IMG/VR virus record: IMGVR_UViG_3300045988_148545
From: a virus
Reading direction: 5' to 3' (one strand)
DNA: 40,039 nucleotides
In this document: piece after piece, positions 31,843 through 40,039 of the stretch
Position numbering within the stretch: position 1 is the first letter of the stretch
Layout: every line of letters begins with the position of its first letter
Notes under the pieces: generated by a model
What the model saw: only the letters and a program-made list of their open reading frames with translations
Told to the model about the DNA's origin: nothing
Databases searched by the model: none
Made by a program: the position numbers and the translations under genes

Positions 31843-32481
31843 ATGTATAGATTGATTATTGATGGGCAGTATGTACCCATTCCACCTGAAAAAATAAGCA
31901 TAAAGGTTGATGGTGATAACAAGACAATGACATTGATTAATTTAGGAGAAGTTAACATGCTAAGAAATCCCAAACTTACAGAGATTTCATTTGACTTGTT
32001 ATTACCTAATCAATATTATCCATTTGCTTTTTATTCAGATGGAAAATACAAGGGTGCCGATGAGTACATTAAGAAGTATAAGGAACTTTTATCTTCCAAG
32101 AAGGCATTTAAACTGGAGATTTATAGATATGCTCCAAATAATAAAAAAATATTCAATACTATTCTTAAAGTGTCGCTGGAAAGACTTACAATAACAGATT
32201 CTGTCAGTGACGGTTTTGACAGCAGGGTGTCGTTGGAATTTAAGGAATACAGAAAATATGGTGCTGTAAAGGTTAAGAAAATACCAAATACGTATACCAT
32301 TAAATCCAATAAGGAAACTCTTACATTGATAGCGAAAAAGTGGTTAAAGGATAGTTCCAAGGGTTCTGCCATTTACAAGAAGAACAAGAAGGTTATTGAA
32401 AAGGCTGCAAAGAAGCACAAGAGAAAAAGCAGTTCCAAAGGAAAATATCTGTACAAGGGAACTGTTTTGAAGAAACCATAA
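31843..32481 (+). CDS. XkdP-like tail protein with degenerate C-terminal LysM-like, highly basic region
   Basis: N-terminal pattern IDGQYVPIPPEKISIKVDGDNKTMTLINLGEVNMLRNPKLTEISFDLLLP. C-terminal YTIKSNKETLTLIAKKW...YKGTVLKKP resembles LysM. Confidence 0.72.
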   Translation: MYRLIIDGQYVPIPPEKISIKVDGDNKTMTLINLGEVNMLRNPKLTEISFDLLLPNQYYPFAFYSDGKYKGADEYIKKYKELLSSKKAFKLEIYRYAPNNKKIFNTILKVSLERLTITDSVSDGFDSRVSLEFKEYRKYGAVKVKKIPNTYTIKSNKETLTLIAKKWLKDSSKGSAIYKKNKKVIEKAAKKHKRKSSSKGKYLYKGTVLKKP

Positions 32482-32491
32482 GGAGGAAAGG

Positions 32492-34051
32492 ATGGCAGAC
32501 ATAATTGATATTGCATCAAAGGAAGTTGGTTATAAAGCATATGGCGGTAACAAGACCAAGTATAGTGCCTGGTATGGAATGAATGGTGCTGCATGGTGCC
32601 ATATGTTTGCCTCCTGGTGTGCATATAAGGCAGGTGTATCAACAAGCATTGCTCCCAAGACAGCATCAACAGACACAGGAATGCAATGGTTTAAAAACAA
32701 AGGAAGATTCAAGTATAAGGGTTCATACACACCTAAAAGAAATGATTTCATTTATTTTAAATCAGATGGTGCATCTCACGTGGGAATTGTTGAGTATGTA
32801 TCAGGAAGTACTGTGCATACCATTGAGGGTAACACTTCTGACGCTGTTATGAGAAGATTATATCCGTTAAGTTACCATACAATAACAGGATATGGGGTAA
32901 TCAGTGATTACATTACTTCATCAGGTAAGACATCAAAGGGAAAGAAAAGCGGAAAGAATACCGGTAAAAGCAGTGGAAAACAGGAAATATCATATTTAAG
33001 GGAAATTCTTAAAAAGAATGAATCAAAAAAGAAAAAGTCAACCAGAAAGGTGGAGTATAAAGCTGTTTCAGTAAAGAACAGTGAGAAGCTTGTTGTTAAT
33101 GTTCTGATTAAACACGGCAAGAAAAGGTACAAACATCAGGTTCAGGAAGGATTAAAAACAACCTTTGAGAGAAAAAATGCACCGGGTAAGGTTACTTTTA
33201 CAACGTTTGTTGACAGCGATTCAAAGAAGAGAATTTCAAATGGTGATTCTGTGGCAATAGTGGTTAATGGCAAAAATTTCTTTTATGGTTTTGTATTTTC
33301 CATTTCACCTAAAACAGATAAGACTTTGGATGTTACTGTGTATGATCAGCTTAGGTATTTTAAAAATAAGGATACTTATATTTCAAAAAAGAGAACTTCC
33401 ACGGTTTTAATTAAGAAAATTGCCAAGGATTTTAAACTGAATTGTGGTAAGCTGGCGAATACAAAGTATCCTGTGTCAAGAATTGATGATAATGCAACAT
33501 TGTTTGACATTGTACAGAACAGCTTGGATGAAACATTAATGGCAAGGGGAAAGATTTATACCTTGTATGATGAATTTGGAAAGTTAAGGTTAAGGGAACC
33601 TTGGAAGGTTAACAGGTTAATAACTTCAACCACGGCAGAATCTTATGATTATAAGGAAACAATAGATGACAATGTTTATAATCAGGTCAAATTAGCATAT
33701 GACAACACCAAGAAAGGTGTTCAGGAGATTTATATGGCAAAAAACAGTAAGTACATTAATAAATGGGGTGTGCTTCAGTATTTTGACAAAATCGACAGTC
33801 GCAAGGGTGCAAAGTTAAAGGTTAAGGCATTGTTGAAGATTTATTGTAAAACAGGCAAGACAATTAAGATTAATAATTGTTTTGGTGACATTAACGTAAG
33901 AGCCGGCTGTTTGGTTCTTGTTAAGTTGACAATTTATGGTGAAACAATTTCAAATTATATGTTAGTTGATAAGGTTACTCATACATTTAATAATGGGCAA
34001 CATCTTATGGATTTGGAATTATCTGGAGGTGATTACGATAGCAGCTACTAG
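32492..34051 (+). CDS. Tail-associated lysin: N-terminal CHAP peptidase fused to XkdQ-like baseplate hub domain
   Basis: CHAP hallmarks: Cys in GAAWCHMFASW, His in SHVGIVEYV, then IEGNTSD. A Lys/Ser/Gly-rich linker follows, then about 350 aa in the XkdQ position. Confidence 0.82.
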   Translation: MADIIDIASKEVGYKAYGGNKTKYSAWYGMNGAAWCHMFASWCAYKAGVSTSIAPKTASTDTGMQWFKNKGRFKYKGSYTPKRNDFIYFKSDGASHVGIVEYVSGSTVHTIEGNTSDAVMRRLYPLSYHTITGYGVISDYITSSGKTSKGKKSGKNTGKSSGKQEISYLREILKKNESKKKKSTRKVEYKAVSVKNSEKLVVNVLIKHGKKRYKHQVQEGLKTTFERKNAPGKVTFTTFVDSDSKKRISNGDSVAIVVNGKNFFYGFVFSISPKTDKTLDVTVYDQLRYFKNKDTYISKKRTSTVLIKKIAKDFKLNCGKLANTKYPVSRIDDNATLFDIVQNSLDETLMARGKIYTLYDEFGKLRLREPWKVNRLITSTTAESYDYKETIDDNVYNQVKLAYDNTKKGVQEIYMAKNSKYINKWGVLQYFDKIDSRKGAKLKVKALLKIYCKTGKTIKINNCFGDINVRAGCLVLVKLTIYGETISNYMLVDKVTHTFNNGQHLMDLELSGGDYDSSY

Positions 34052-34301
34052 TTTGACACAGTTAATTAAGAAAATAGCAGAGGATGCAAGAAAAGCGGCG
34101 AAGCCCTGTACCATTGTAATTGGTACGGTTTTAAAGGCAGATTTGCCTAAAATAAAGGTTAATCAAAAGCTCATCTTAACGGATGAGTTTTTGTATTTTA
34201 CGGAAACTGCATCAAAGAGCAAATTGAAAAAGGGCGACAAGGTTGTGATGATACGTGCAGATGGCGGTCAAAAGTATCTTGTTGTGGATAGGATGGTGTA
34301 A
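34029..34301 (+). CDS. XkdR-like small baseplate protein (DUF2577-like)
   Basis: Called by position and size. Start uncertain: I chose GTG 34029, and the ORF-track start at 33966 lies deep inside the previous gene. Confidence 0.62.
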   Translation: MITIAATSLTQLIKKIAEDARKAAKPCTIVIGTVLKADLPKIKVNQKLILTDEFLYFTETASKSKLKKGDKVVMIRADGGQKYLVVDRMV

Positions 34302-34303
34302 GT

Positions 34304-34723
34304 ATGTTACCTGAAGAATTGGAAGAACTGGAAGATTTTAATGTGGAAGAGGATGAAGTACAGGAGCTTCCCAATAATACATATATGTTGGATTTTGAGA
34401 ATAAAAGGATTTTGAGAAAATCTGATGAAGAGGATGAAATCCTAAGGCAGGCAATAATAAAGATTCTGTTGACTGAATTTGATTATTACAGCATTTATGA
34501 AAATTATGGATTGGAGAAAGCTGATTTATTGGGAGAAAACATTGCAGAGGTAAAGGAAGTAATTGGAGGCAGAATTGAGGAAGCCATTTTAAGGGATGAA
34601 CGTTTTAATTCTGTTGAGATAGAGAGTATTTCAAATTACAAAAATGAATTGATGGTTTCTCTGACAGTTACAACTTCTGATGATGAAGAGATTGAAGTGG
34701 AAGGAGTGAGCATTGATGTTTGA
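34304..34723 (+). CDS. XkdS-like baseplate protein (DUF2634/gp25-like position)
   Basis: 139 aa, acidic N terminus. Synteny with PBSX-type baseplate modules. Confidence 0.7.
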   Translation: MLPEELEELEDFNVEEDEVQELPNNTYMLDFENKRILRKSDEEDEILRQAIIKILLTEFDYYSIYENYGLEKADLLGENIAEVKEVIGGRIEEAILRDERFNSVEIESISNYKNELMVSLTVTTSDDEEIEVEGVSIDV

Positions 34724-35780
34724 GGAGATGACCTTTGAGAACATTTTAAGTCAGATGCTTGAAAATGTGCAGGGGGATGTTGATAAAAGAGAAGGTTCAA
34801 TTATTTATGATGCGTTGGCACCTGTGGCAATGGAAAGTGCACAGATGTATGCAGACATGGACATTCTTTTGCAGGAATGTTTTGCAGACAGTGCATCTTA
34901 TTATTATTTGATTAAGCGTGCAGCAGAGAGGGGAATATTTGTAAAGGAAGGTATTCCGGCTGTGGTAAAAGTGAAATGTATTCCTTCTGATGTGAACATT
35001 CCAGAGGCAACAGAGTTTAGCATAGGTGAAATGACATATTCAATTACAGAAAACTTAGGAGATGGATTCTATAGTATGACATGTTCTGAATCAGGAGAAA
35101 ACGGAAACAACATAAATGATGATGTGATTCCAATTGAATATGTTGAGGACTTAGAAGAAATCGAGGCTGTTGAAGTGATTGTGTATGGCACGGAAGATGA
35201 GGATGAAGAATCTTTGAGAGAAAGATATTTTGAATCATTTACAGAAGCAGCCTTTGGAGGAAATAAGGCAGATTATAAGGAAAAAGCTAAAGACATTGAA
35301 AAGGTAGGTGCCTGCAAGGTTTATCCTGTTTGGAATGGTGGAGGAACTGTAAAGCTGGCAATTCTTGATTCTCAATATAATGAAGCTTCTTCTGAAATCA
35401 TAAATGAAGTACAGAATACGTTTGATCCAACGAAAGATGGAACAGGTGTGGGAATTGCACCAATAGGTCACATTGTAACTGTTTCAACACCAGAAGTTAA
35501 AAGAATAAATGTGGATGTTCAGATTGAATACATAGAAGATTATACCTGGGATGACATCAAGGAAACTTTTACAGAAAATTTGGCAGAGTATTTAAAAAAT
35601 GTCATAAAAAATGAATGGGAAGCAAAGGACACAATGACGGTAAGAAGCGGACAAATAGAATCAATGCTTCTTGACATGGAAGGTGTTGACAATGTTTTAA
35701 GTGTAAAAATTGATGGAAAGACAGGTAATTGCATTATTGATTGTGATTATATTCCAAAGGTTGGTGAGATAAGTGGATAG
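34716..35780 (+). CDS. Baseplate J-like protein (XkdT-like)
   Basis: About 354 aa. N terminus FENILSQMLENVQGDVDKREGSIIYDALAPVA is typical of Baseplate_J proteins. ATG 34716 sits 9 nt after AAGGAG. Confidence 0.88.
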   Translation: MFEEMTFENILSQMLENVQGDVDKREGSIIYDALAPVAMESAQMYADMDILLQECFADSASYYYLIKRAAERGIFVKEGIPAVVKVKCIPSDVNIPEATEFSIGEMTYSITENLGDGFYSMTCSESGENGNNINDDVIPIEYVEDLEEIEAVEVIVYGTEDEDEESLRERYFESFTEAAFGGNKADYKEKAKDIEKVGACKVYPVWNGGGTVKLAILDSQYNEASSEIINEVQNTFDPTKDGTGVGIAPIGHIVTVSTPEVKRINVDVQIEYIEDYTWDDIKETFTENLAEYLKNVIKNEWEAKDTMTVRSGQIESMLLDMEGVDNVLSVKIDGKTGNCIIDCDYIPKVGEISG

Positions 35781-36348
35781 AAAGTTGATTGAGTATCTGC
35801 CTGAATGGTTAAGAGAGTTTAGAGAGATAAAGGAATTAACAGACATTGAGCAATCACAGACTGAAGATTTGTGGGAAGCACTTGAAAAAATGTGGAACAA
35901 TAATTTCATTGAAAGTTTGGATGAGCAAGGTTGTGAACACTGGGAGAGGATGCTTGGAATATCCAATAAGGATACGTACACGTTGGAAGAAAGACGATTG
36001 AAGATATTGGGAATTGTTACAGAACAACGACCTTTTACTGTAATATCCTTGGAAAAGACTTTGGCGGTAATATGCGGTAATGATGAAAGCAAAGGGCCTA
36101 ATTACTCAGTAAAGTTGGATGCAAATAATTATGTGTTAACAGTCAGGGTTGCCTTAACATCAAAGAATGTGCTTTCTGATGTGGCTAAATTGTTGGACAG
36201 GGTTGTTCCAAGCAATCTGTTAATTGATTTGTCTTTGCTTTATAACAAGAATAATCAGTTATCAAAATTTACACACGAGGAATTAAAGAAGTATACACAC
36301 ATTCAATTAAGAGAAGAAGTGTTTGAAGAAGGAAGGAGCACAAGATGA
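35773..36348 (+). CDS. XkdU-like tail protein (DUF2313-like)
   Basis: YLPEWLREFREIKELTDIEQSQTEDLWEALEKMWNNNFIESLDEQGCEHWERMLGI pattern. GTG start overlaps the previous gene. Confidence 0.78.
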   Translation: MDRKLIEYLPEWLREFREIKELTDIEQSQTEDLWEALEKMWNNNFIESLDEQGCEHWERMLGISNKDTYTLEERRLKILGIVTEQRPFTVISLEKTLAVICGNDESKGPNYSVKLDANNYVLTVRVALTSKNVLSDVAKLLDRVVPSNLLIDLSLLYNKNNQLSKFTHEELKKYTHIQLREEVFEEGRSTR

Positions 36349-37268
36349 TTAATAAAACAAAGTATTTGCAGTTAAAGAAACCGGATGGAGATGAGTTTTA
36401 TGATATTGATGTTTTTAATGAAAATGCAGACATCATAGATGATGAATTGAAAAAGAATAATGAGGAGCTTGCCAAGAAGCTTTCAAAGGATGGAAATAGT
36501 GACAGTAATATTGTTGCTTTTCAGACAGCAGCAAAAAGAGAAAATATTTTGTCAGGAGAAACACATAAGGTTATTTTTGGAAAAATAAAGAAATTCTTTA
36601 CAGACTTAAAGACGGTGGCTTTTACAGGTTCATACAATGACTTAACAGATTTACCTAGTTATGTGAAATCACAAACCATAACATCAGCAGTAGATTGGAA
36701 TACATTAACAGAAAATGGAGTGTATCACATAAAGACAACAGAAGGAACAAACAGACCTGTTACTAACTGGGGAATGCTTTATGTTGAAGGGGAAACATCA
36801 ACTAAGTTTCAGATATTTATTCCCGATGTAAAGAACAATGTGATTTATAAGCGTTATGAAAATGCCGGCTGGAAGGATTGGCAAGAGTTAACCCTTATTG
36901 AAACATCCGGAGAAGTATATGATACAGGCTGGAAATCGGTTGAATGTGGGAATGGTATATCTGCATGGTCCACTACTGATGCACCTAAAATCAGAAGAGT
37001 TGGCAAAACTGTGGAATTGGTGGGAATCATAACAAATTCAACTGTTTTTTCTGCACACGATAATATTTTTAAGAATATTCCTACAGATATGAGACCTTCA
37101 CGTAACGTATGGTCAATTCAGGAAGGACATTTGGGAACAACTAACAGATGGATGATGACAATCAATCCGGGAGGTACAGTAAGTTTCGATTATTATGGAG
37201 CAAGTGTTCCTATAGCAATTGACACTGGAGCATGCATACCGGTTCATGCAGTATGGATGGTGGATTAA
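36345..37268 (+). CDS. Tail fibre / receptor-binding protein
   Basis: 307 aa. The N terminus (KYLQLKKPDGDEFYDIDVFNENADIIDDEL, AFTGSYNDLTDLPS) is typical of fibre N-terminal anchors. The C-terminal domain is globular and unique. Confidence 0.72.
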   Translation: MINKTKYLQLKKPDGDEFYDIDVFNENADIIDDELKKNNEELAKKLSKDGNSDSNIVAFQTAAKRENILSGETHKVIFGKIKKFFTDLKTVAFTGSYNDLTDLPSYVKSQTITSAVDWNTLTENGVYHIKTTEGTNRPVTNWGMLYVEGETSTKFQIFIPDVKNNVIYKRYENAGWKDWQELTLIETSGEVYDTGWKSVECGNGISAWSTTDAPKIRRVGKTVELVGIITNSTVFSAHDNIFKNIPTDMRPSRNVWSIQEGHLGTTNRWMMTINPGGTVSFDYYGASVPIAIDTGACIPVHAVWMVD

Positions 37269-37279
37269 AGGAGAAAAAG

Positions 37280-38695
37280 ATGAACATAAACATAGAGATA
37301 AAAGGACAACAGGCGCATATTGTTAACCAGCAGTCTTTAATATCAGGAACTTCCAATTTGGAAGAAATTAAGTTTGATTTTTCTTCTGAATGGAACGGAT
37401 ATACAAAAACAGCCGTAATATATGTAGATGATTATAGTATAAGTGATTCGGTAAAAATGCTTGTTGAAAAGGATGTTGTATCAGCAGAAAAATTACCTGA
37501 TTGGCTTTTTAGGGAAGAATGTGAGCTTTACATTGGAGTTTTTGGTGACAATTCAGAAGGTAGAAGAATTACTTCAACAATTGTATGTCAGAAAGTAAAG
37601 AAAGGCGTTCCGGTAGATGTTGTAAATGAGATTACACCGGATATTTACAATCAGATAATCAAAATAATGTGTGATACAAAGGCATTGGTAAAAGAGGCTG
37701 ATGAAAAGATAGAAGTTAATAAAGGCTATCTTGAACAGGCAGAGCAGAAGGCAAATGACGCAGCAGATTATGCAGATAGAGCTGGGAATTATTTAGAAGA
37801 GGTGGTAGGTCAAAAGACAGATGTTGAAAAGTTAATAGCAGACATAGATGTAAAAGTTAATGAAAGTACAACAAACATAGCTAACATAACAGAAGCAAAA
37901 ATGAACGACATTAGCTCTTTAACAGAAGCAAAAAGCAATGACATAGCAACACTTACAACTGCAAAGATGGAAGACATAGCTAATGTTACGAATGCAAAGC
38001 TTGGAGATATTAACAACACAGCACGGGCACAGATTGAAGCTATAAACAGTTCTGCGGTTGCCGCAGGAGAATCGCAGACAAAAGGAATTAATACAGTAGC
38101 ATCAAGTCAGATTAATAAGATTACAGATGTAACAAATCAACAGTTGGAGAATATAAATACCGCAGCTACAAATCAGATAGGAACGATTGAGGGTAAAACA
38201 TATACACAGATTAAGAATATTAATGACACAGCTACAAGTCAGATTAGTGCCATTAATAACACAGCTTTAAGTCAGATTGATGCCATTAATAACACAACTA
38301 CAAATCAAATTAAAAATATGACTGTAAAATATTCTGATATGTGTAGAACTCTTGGAATAGAACACGAAGGAATAATGCTTGCAAAAACAAGTTACAATGA
38401 AAGTAGCATACCTCACGACATATACTCTATAGACGTTAGTAAATTTAAATACATTGAATTTGGTAAACTTGTAAGGGGTATTTATGAAGATACTCTTCCA
38501 GCATTTCATATAGGTATCTATTTAACAAATCTAAAAGATGAACCAGCACTAGAAAACGTAACCACTGGAAAGCGTTATGATGTATCATTACTTAATGATT
38601 TACAGTTTTATGTATCTTATCAGGGTAGTGGCGGATATGAAGTTACAGTAAACTATAAACTTTATAACAAATTAGAAGAAACAACGGAAGAATAA
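37280..38695 (+). CDS. Second tail fibre protein with hendecad-repeat shaft
   Basis: I chose ATG 37280 after AAAGGAGAAAAAG. 471 aa, with a central run of 13 tandem ~11-residue repeats. Confidence 0.78.
   Translation: MNINIEIKGQQAHIVNQQSLISGTSNLEEIKFDFSSEWNGYTKTAVIYVDDYSISDSVKMLVEKDVVSAEKLPDWLFREECELYIGVFGDNSEGRRITSTIVCQKVKKGVPVDVVNEITPDIYNQIIKIMCDTKALVKEADEKIEVNKGYLEQAEQKANDAADYADRAGNYLEEVVGQKTDVEKLIADIDVKVNESTTNIANITEAKMNDISSLTEAKSNDIATLTTAKMEDIANVTNAKLGDINNTARAQIEAINSSAVAAGESQTKGINTVASSQINKITDVTNQQLENINTAATNQIGTIEGKTYTQIKNINDTATSQISAINNTALSQIDAINNTTTNQIKNMTVKYSDMCRTLGIEHEGIMLAKTSYNESSIPHDIYSIDVSKFKYIEFGKLVRGIYEDTLPAFHIGIYLTNLKDEPALENVTTGKRYDVSLLNDLQFYVSYQGSGGYEVTVNYKLYNKLEETTEE
37871..38317 (+). 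repeat. Tandem 33-bp (11-codon) coding repeats, 13 units (one expanded to 17 codons)
   Basis: Units: TNIANITEAKM / NDISSLTEAKS / NDIATLTTAKM / EDIANVTNAKL / GDINNTARAQI / EAINSS..(17) / INTVASSQINK / ITDVTNQQLEN / INTAATNQIGT / IEGKTYTQIKN / INDTATSQISA / INNTALSQIDA / INNTTTNQIKN. Confidence 0.85.
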
Positions 38696-38723
38696 GGAAG
38701 GAAAAAAATATGATTGTTAGAGC

Positions 38724-38745
38724 AGGACCGCAAGGTCTTTTTTTA
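38724..38745 (+). terminator. Terminator-like hairpin between fibre genes and lysis cassette
   Basis: AGGACC-gcaa-GGTCTT (GNRA-type loop) with a 3' T-run of 7. Confidence 0.55.
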
Positions 38746-38779
38746 TACCCAAAAACAGAGAAAGTCGAGGAAAAAACAT

Positions 38780-39103
38780 ATGACACTTTATCAGATTTTA
38801 TCCTTGTGTGGGATTCCTTCATTAATTGGTGCAATTTTTGTTAGTGCAGTTAATTATGCAAAGTCAAAAAATTCATCATATAAATTAATTAAGGACGGAG
38901 TTATTGCAATTTTGCATAACAAGATATACACGCTGGGAAAACAGTACATAGCTCAGGAGCATATATCAGTTGAGGCTTTGGATGATTTTGAACATTTATA
39001 CAAGGCATATCACGCACTGGGCGGAAATGGAACAGGAACAGAGATTTATAAGAGAGTAAAGGAACTGCCAATGAAGCAGGGAAAGGAGCAAACAAATGAG
39101 TGA
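38780..39103 (+). CDS. N-terminally membrane-anchored protein of the lysis cassette (function unknown)
   Basis: I chose ATG 38780, 8 nt after GAGGA. TM segment ILSLCGIPSLIGAIFVSAV. It overlaps the holin start by 8 nt. Confidence 0.58.
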   Translation: MTLYQILSLCGIPSLIGAIFVSAVNYAKSKNSSYKLIKDGVIAILHNKIYTLGKQYIAQEHISVEALDDFEHLYKAYHALGGNGTGTEIYKRVKELPMKQGKEQTNE

Positions 39104-39305
39104 CAAGACAAAGAGATGGATTAAGGCAGCAGGTGTCAGAGCTGTAAAAACAATGGCACAGACAGCAGTATCATTAATTACTGTTGGAAATTTAATCACA
39201 GAGCTTGATTGGGTTTCAATAATTGGAATTTCTGCAACAGCAGGAGTGGTTAGTATATTAACAAGTGTTGCAGGATTGCCGGAAGTGGAAAGTGAGGAAG
39301 AATAA
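39096..39305 (+). CDS. Holin (two-TM class)
   Basis: 69 aa. RWIKAAGVRAVKTMAQTAVSLITVG...LDWVSIIGISATAGVVSILTSVAGLPE with a charged C-terminal tail. It lies immediately upstream of the endolysin. Confidence 0.8.
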   Translation: MSDKTKRWIKAAGVRAVKTMAQTAVSLITVGNLITELDWVSIIGISATAGVVSILTSVAGLPEVESEEE

Positions 39306-39964
39306 TGAAGAAAGAACACGATATTAGAATTGACAGAACCAAGTTACATCCTTGGCTTAATTACAAGTTAACTTTACTTTTAAAGCAGTGTGCAAAGAAA
39401 GGGATATACCTTATTATTACGCAGGGATTTAGAAGCAAGGCAGAGCAGGACGCTTTGTATGCTCAGGGCAGAACAAAGAAAGGAAACATTGTAACCAATG
39501 CAAAGGGAAGCGATTATTCTAGTCAGCATCAGTGGGGCATTGCTTTTGACATTGCTTTGAAGTATGATGTAGACGGAGACGGAAGAATCACTGATGACAC
39601 ATATAACAACAAAGGCATAAAAAAAGTTGCTAAAATTGCCAAATCTAAGAAAGTAGGTCTTGCCTGGGGTGGTGACTGGGTTAGCCCTGTAGATACTCCA
39701 CATTTTTATCTTGAAAAGTGGGGAGATACTCCGGCTAAGTTGAAAAGAACTTACGGAACGTTTGAAAAGTTCAAAAAGACTTGGACTAAGGAAGTTTTTG
39801 GAACAAAAAAAGGACTAAACATTTGGAACAAAACAAGAACAAAAATCCTGAAGAAAAAGCTTCCGAATAAAACAAAGGTCAATGTAATGTATGTTAAAAA
39901 AGGATATGCAAAAGTTGAGTATAATGGTGTAGTTGGATATATGAAAGCTAAGTATCTATTATAA
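39305..39964 (+). CDS. Endolysin: peptidase M15 (VanY/L-Ala-D-Glu peptidase-like) catalytic domain + C-terminal SH3-like wall-binding domain
   Basis: ITQGFRSKAEQDALYAQGRT, SQHQWGIAFDI and GGDWVSPVDTPHF are M15 zinc-peptidase motifs. The C-terminal segment KVNVMYVKKGYAKVEYNGVVGYMKAKYL is SH3-like. The last 24 nt lie in the terminal repeat. Confidence 0.9.
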   Translation: MKKEHDIRIDRTKLHPWLNYKLTLLLKQCAKKGIYLIITQGFRSKAEQDALYAQGRTKKGNIVTNAKGSDYSSQHQWGIAFDIALKYDVDGDGRITDDTYNNKGIKKVAKIAKSKKVGLAWGGDWVSPVDTPHFYLEKWGDTPAKLKRTYGTFEKFKKTWTKEVFGTKKGLNIWNKTRTKILKKKLPNKTKVNVMYVKKGYAKVEYNGVVGYMKAKYLL

Positions 39965-40039
39965 TAAAGAAGAAACTAAGTATAAAAGGGGGCTAAAATA
40001 GTCCCCTTTATGTTAATGATATAGTTAAACTACGAGTTC
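39941..40039. repeat. Direct terminal repeat, copy 2 (identical to 1..99)
   Basis: Read directly. Confidence 0.97.

Noticed and set aside
33966-34028. N-terminal extensions proposed by the ORF track (33966 for the XkdR-like gene, 38714 for the lysis-cassette membrane protein, 37232 for the fibre, 3573 for the repressor, 13407, 12631)
   Set aside because: The extensions overlap upstream genes or terminators, lack SD sequences and encode implausible leader sequences. Internal starts with GGAGG-type SD sequences at 5-9 nt spacing fit better.
32373-36092. Minus-strand ORFs such as 32373-32669 (98 aa) and 35697-36092 (131 aa), plus several 60-90 aa plus-strand alternative-frame ORFs in the tail module
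   Set aside because: They are embedded in the CHAP/XkdQ, baseplate J and XkdU-like genes, whose own frames carry recognisable motifs. They have no SD sequences and an implausible composition.
37871-38317. Diversity-generating retroelement (template/variable repeat pair) in the fibre genes
   Set aside because: The repeats are tandem, in-frame hendecads, not a distant TR/VR pair with adenine-specific differences. No reverse transcriptase ORF exists anywhere in the window.
1-40039. CRISPR arrays, tRNA/tmRNA genes, transposases/IS elements
   Set aside because: I found no spacer-interrupted regular repeats, no cloverleaf-like GC-rich 70-90 nt segments in the intergenic gaps, and no DDE or IS-type ORFs. 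The only recombinase is the serine integrase. A tRNAscan-type run would be the definitive check.

Overview
The window is a complete temperate tailed-phage genome. Nt 1-99 are repeated exactly at 39941-40039, so the unique length is 39,940 bp. The endolysin ORF runs across that junction, which indicates a circular or circularly permuted contig.

Layout:
- Minus-strand lysogeny operon (118-3465): XRE-type repressor, ImmA-like metallopeptidase, an unusual zinc-ribbon/glycine-zipper/SHOCT protein, and a large serine integrase.
- All other genes are on the plus strand.
- Cro-like switch region with palindromic operators.
- Early small ORFs, including a ribbon-helix-helix protein.
- Recombination and replication module: PD-(D/E)XK exonuclease, SMC-like ATPase, Bet/RecT-type annealing protein, SSB, ERCC4-like nuclease, CHC2 zinc-finger primase protein, and DUF927-type helicase.
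- Iteron plus AT-rich putative origin (12.1-12.4 kb).
- About 10 small ORFs of unknown function.
- A promoter/terminator-insulated moron.
- A late activator with a sigma-70 region-4-like C terminus.
- Packaging and head genes: TerS, TerL, SPP1-type portal, MuF head protein, scaffold, major capsid, Ig-like proteins.
- A PBSX/Xkd-like contractile-tail and baseplate module with a -1 frameshifted chaperone.
- Two fibre genes.
- Lysis cassette: holin plus M15 endolysin with an SH3 domain.

No tRNA, rRNA, CRISPR array, transposase or reverse transcriptase was seen. Low GC, strong GGAGG-type ribosome-binding sites and PBSX-like tail genes suggest a Firmicutes (Clostridia/Bacilli-like) host; this is inference.

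Most interesting observations:
1. An ADP-ribosyltransferase toxin domain is separated from the capsid-packaged MuF protein by a single in-frame TAA. A putative immunity gene follows.
2. A moron's intrinsic terminator has a 16-nt perfect complement embedded in the moron's own promoter. This may act as a context-dependent antiterminator.
3. A 48-bp inverted-repeat candidate attP has its centre exactly at the contig overlap boundary.
4. The SHOCT/glycine-zipper protein is co-transcribed with the repressor.

All functional calls come from by-eye motif recognition. No database search was run.
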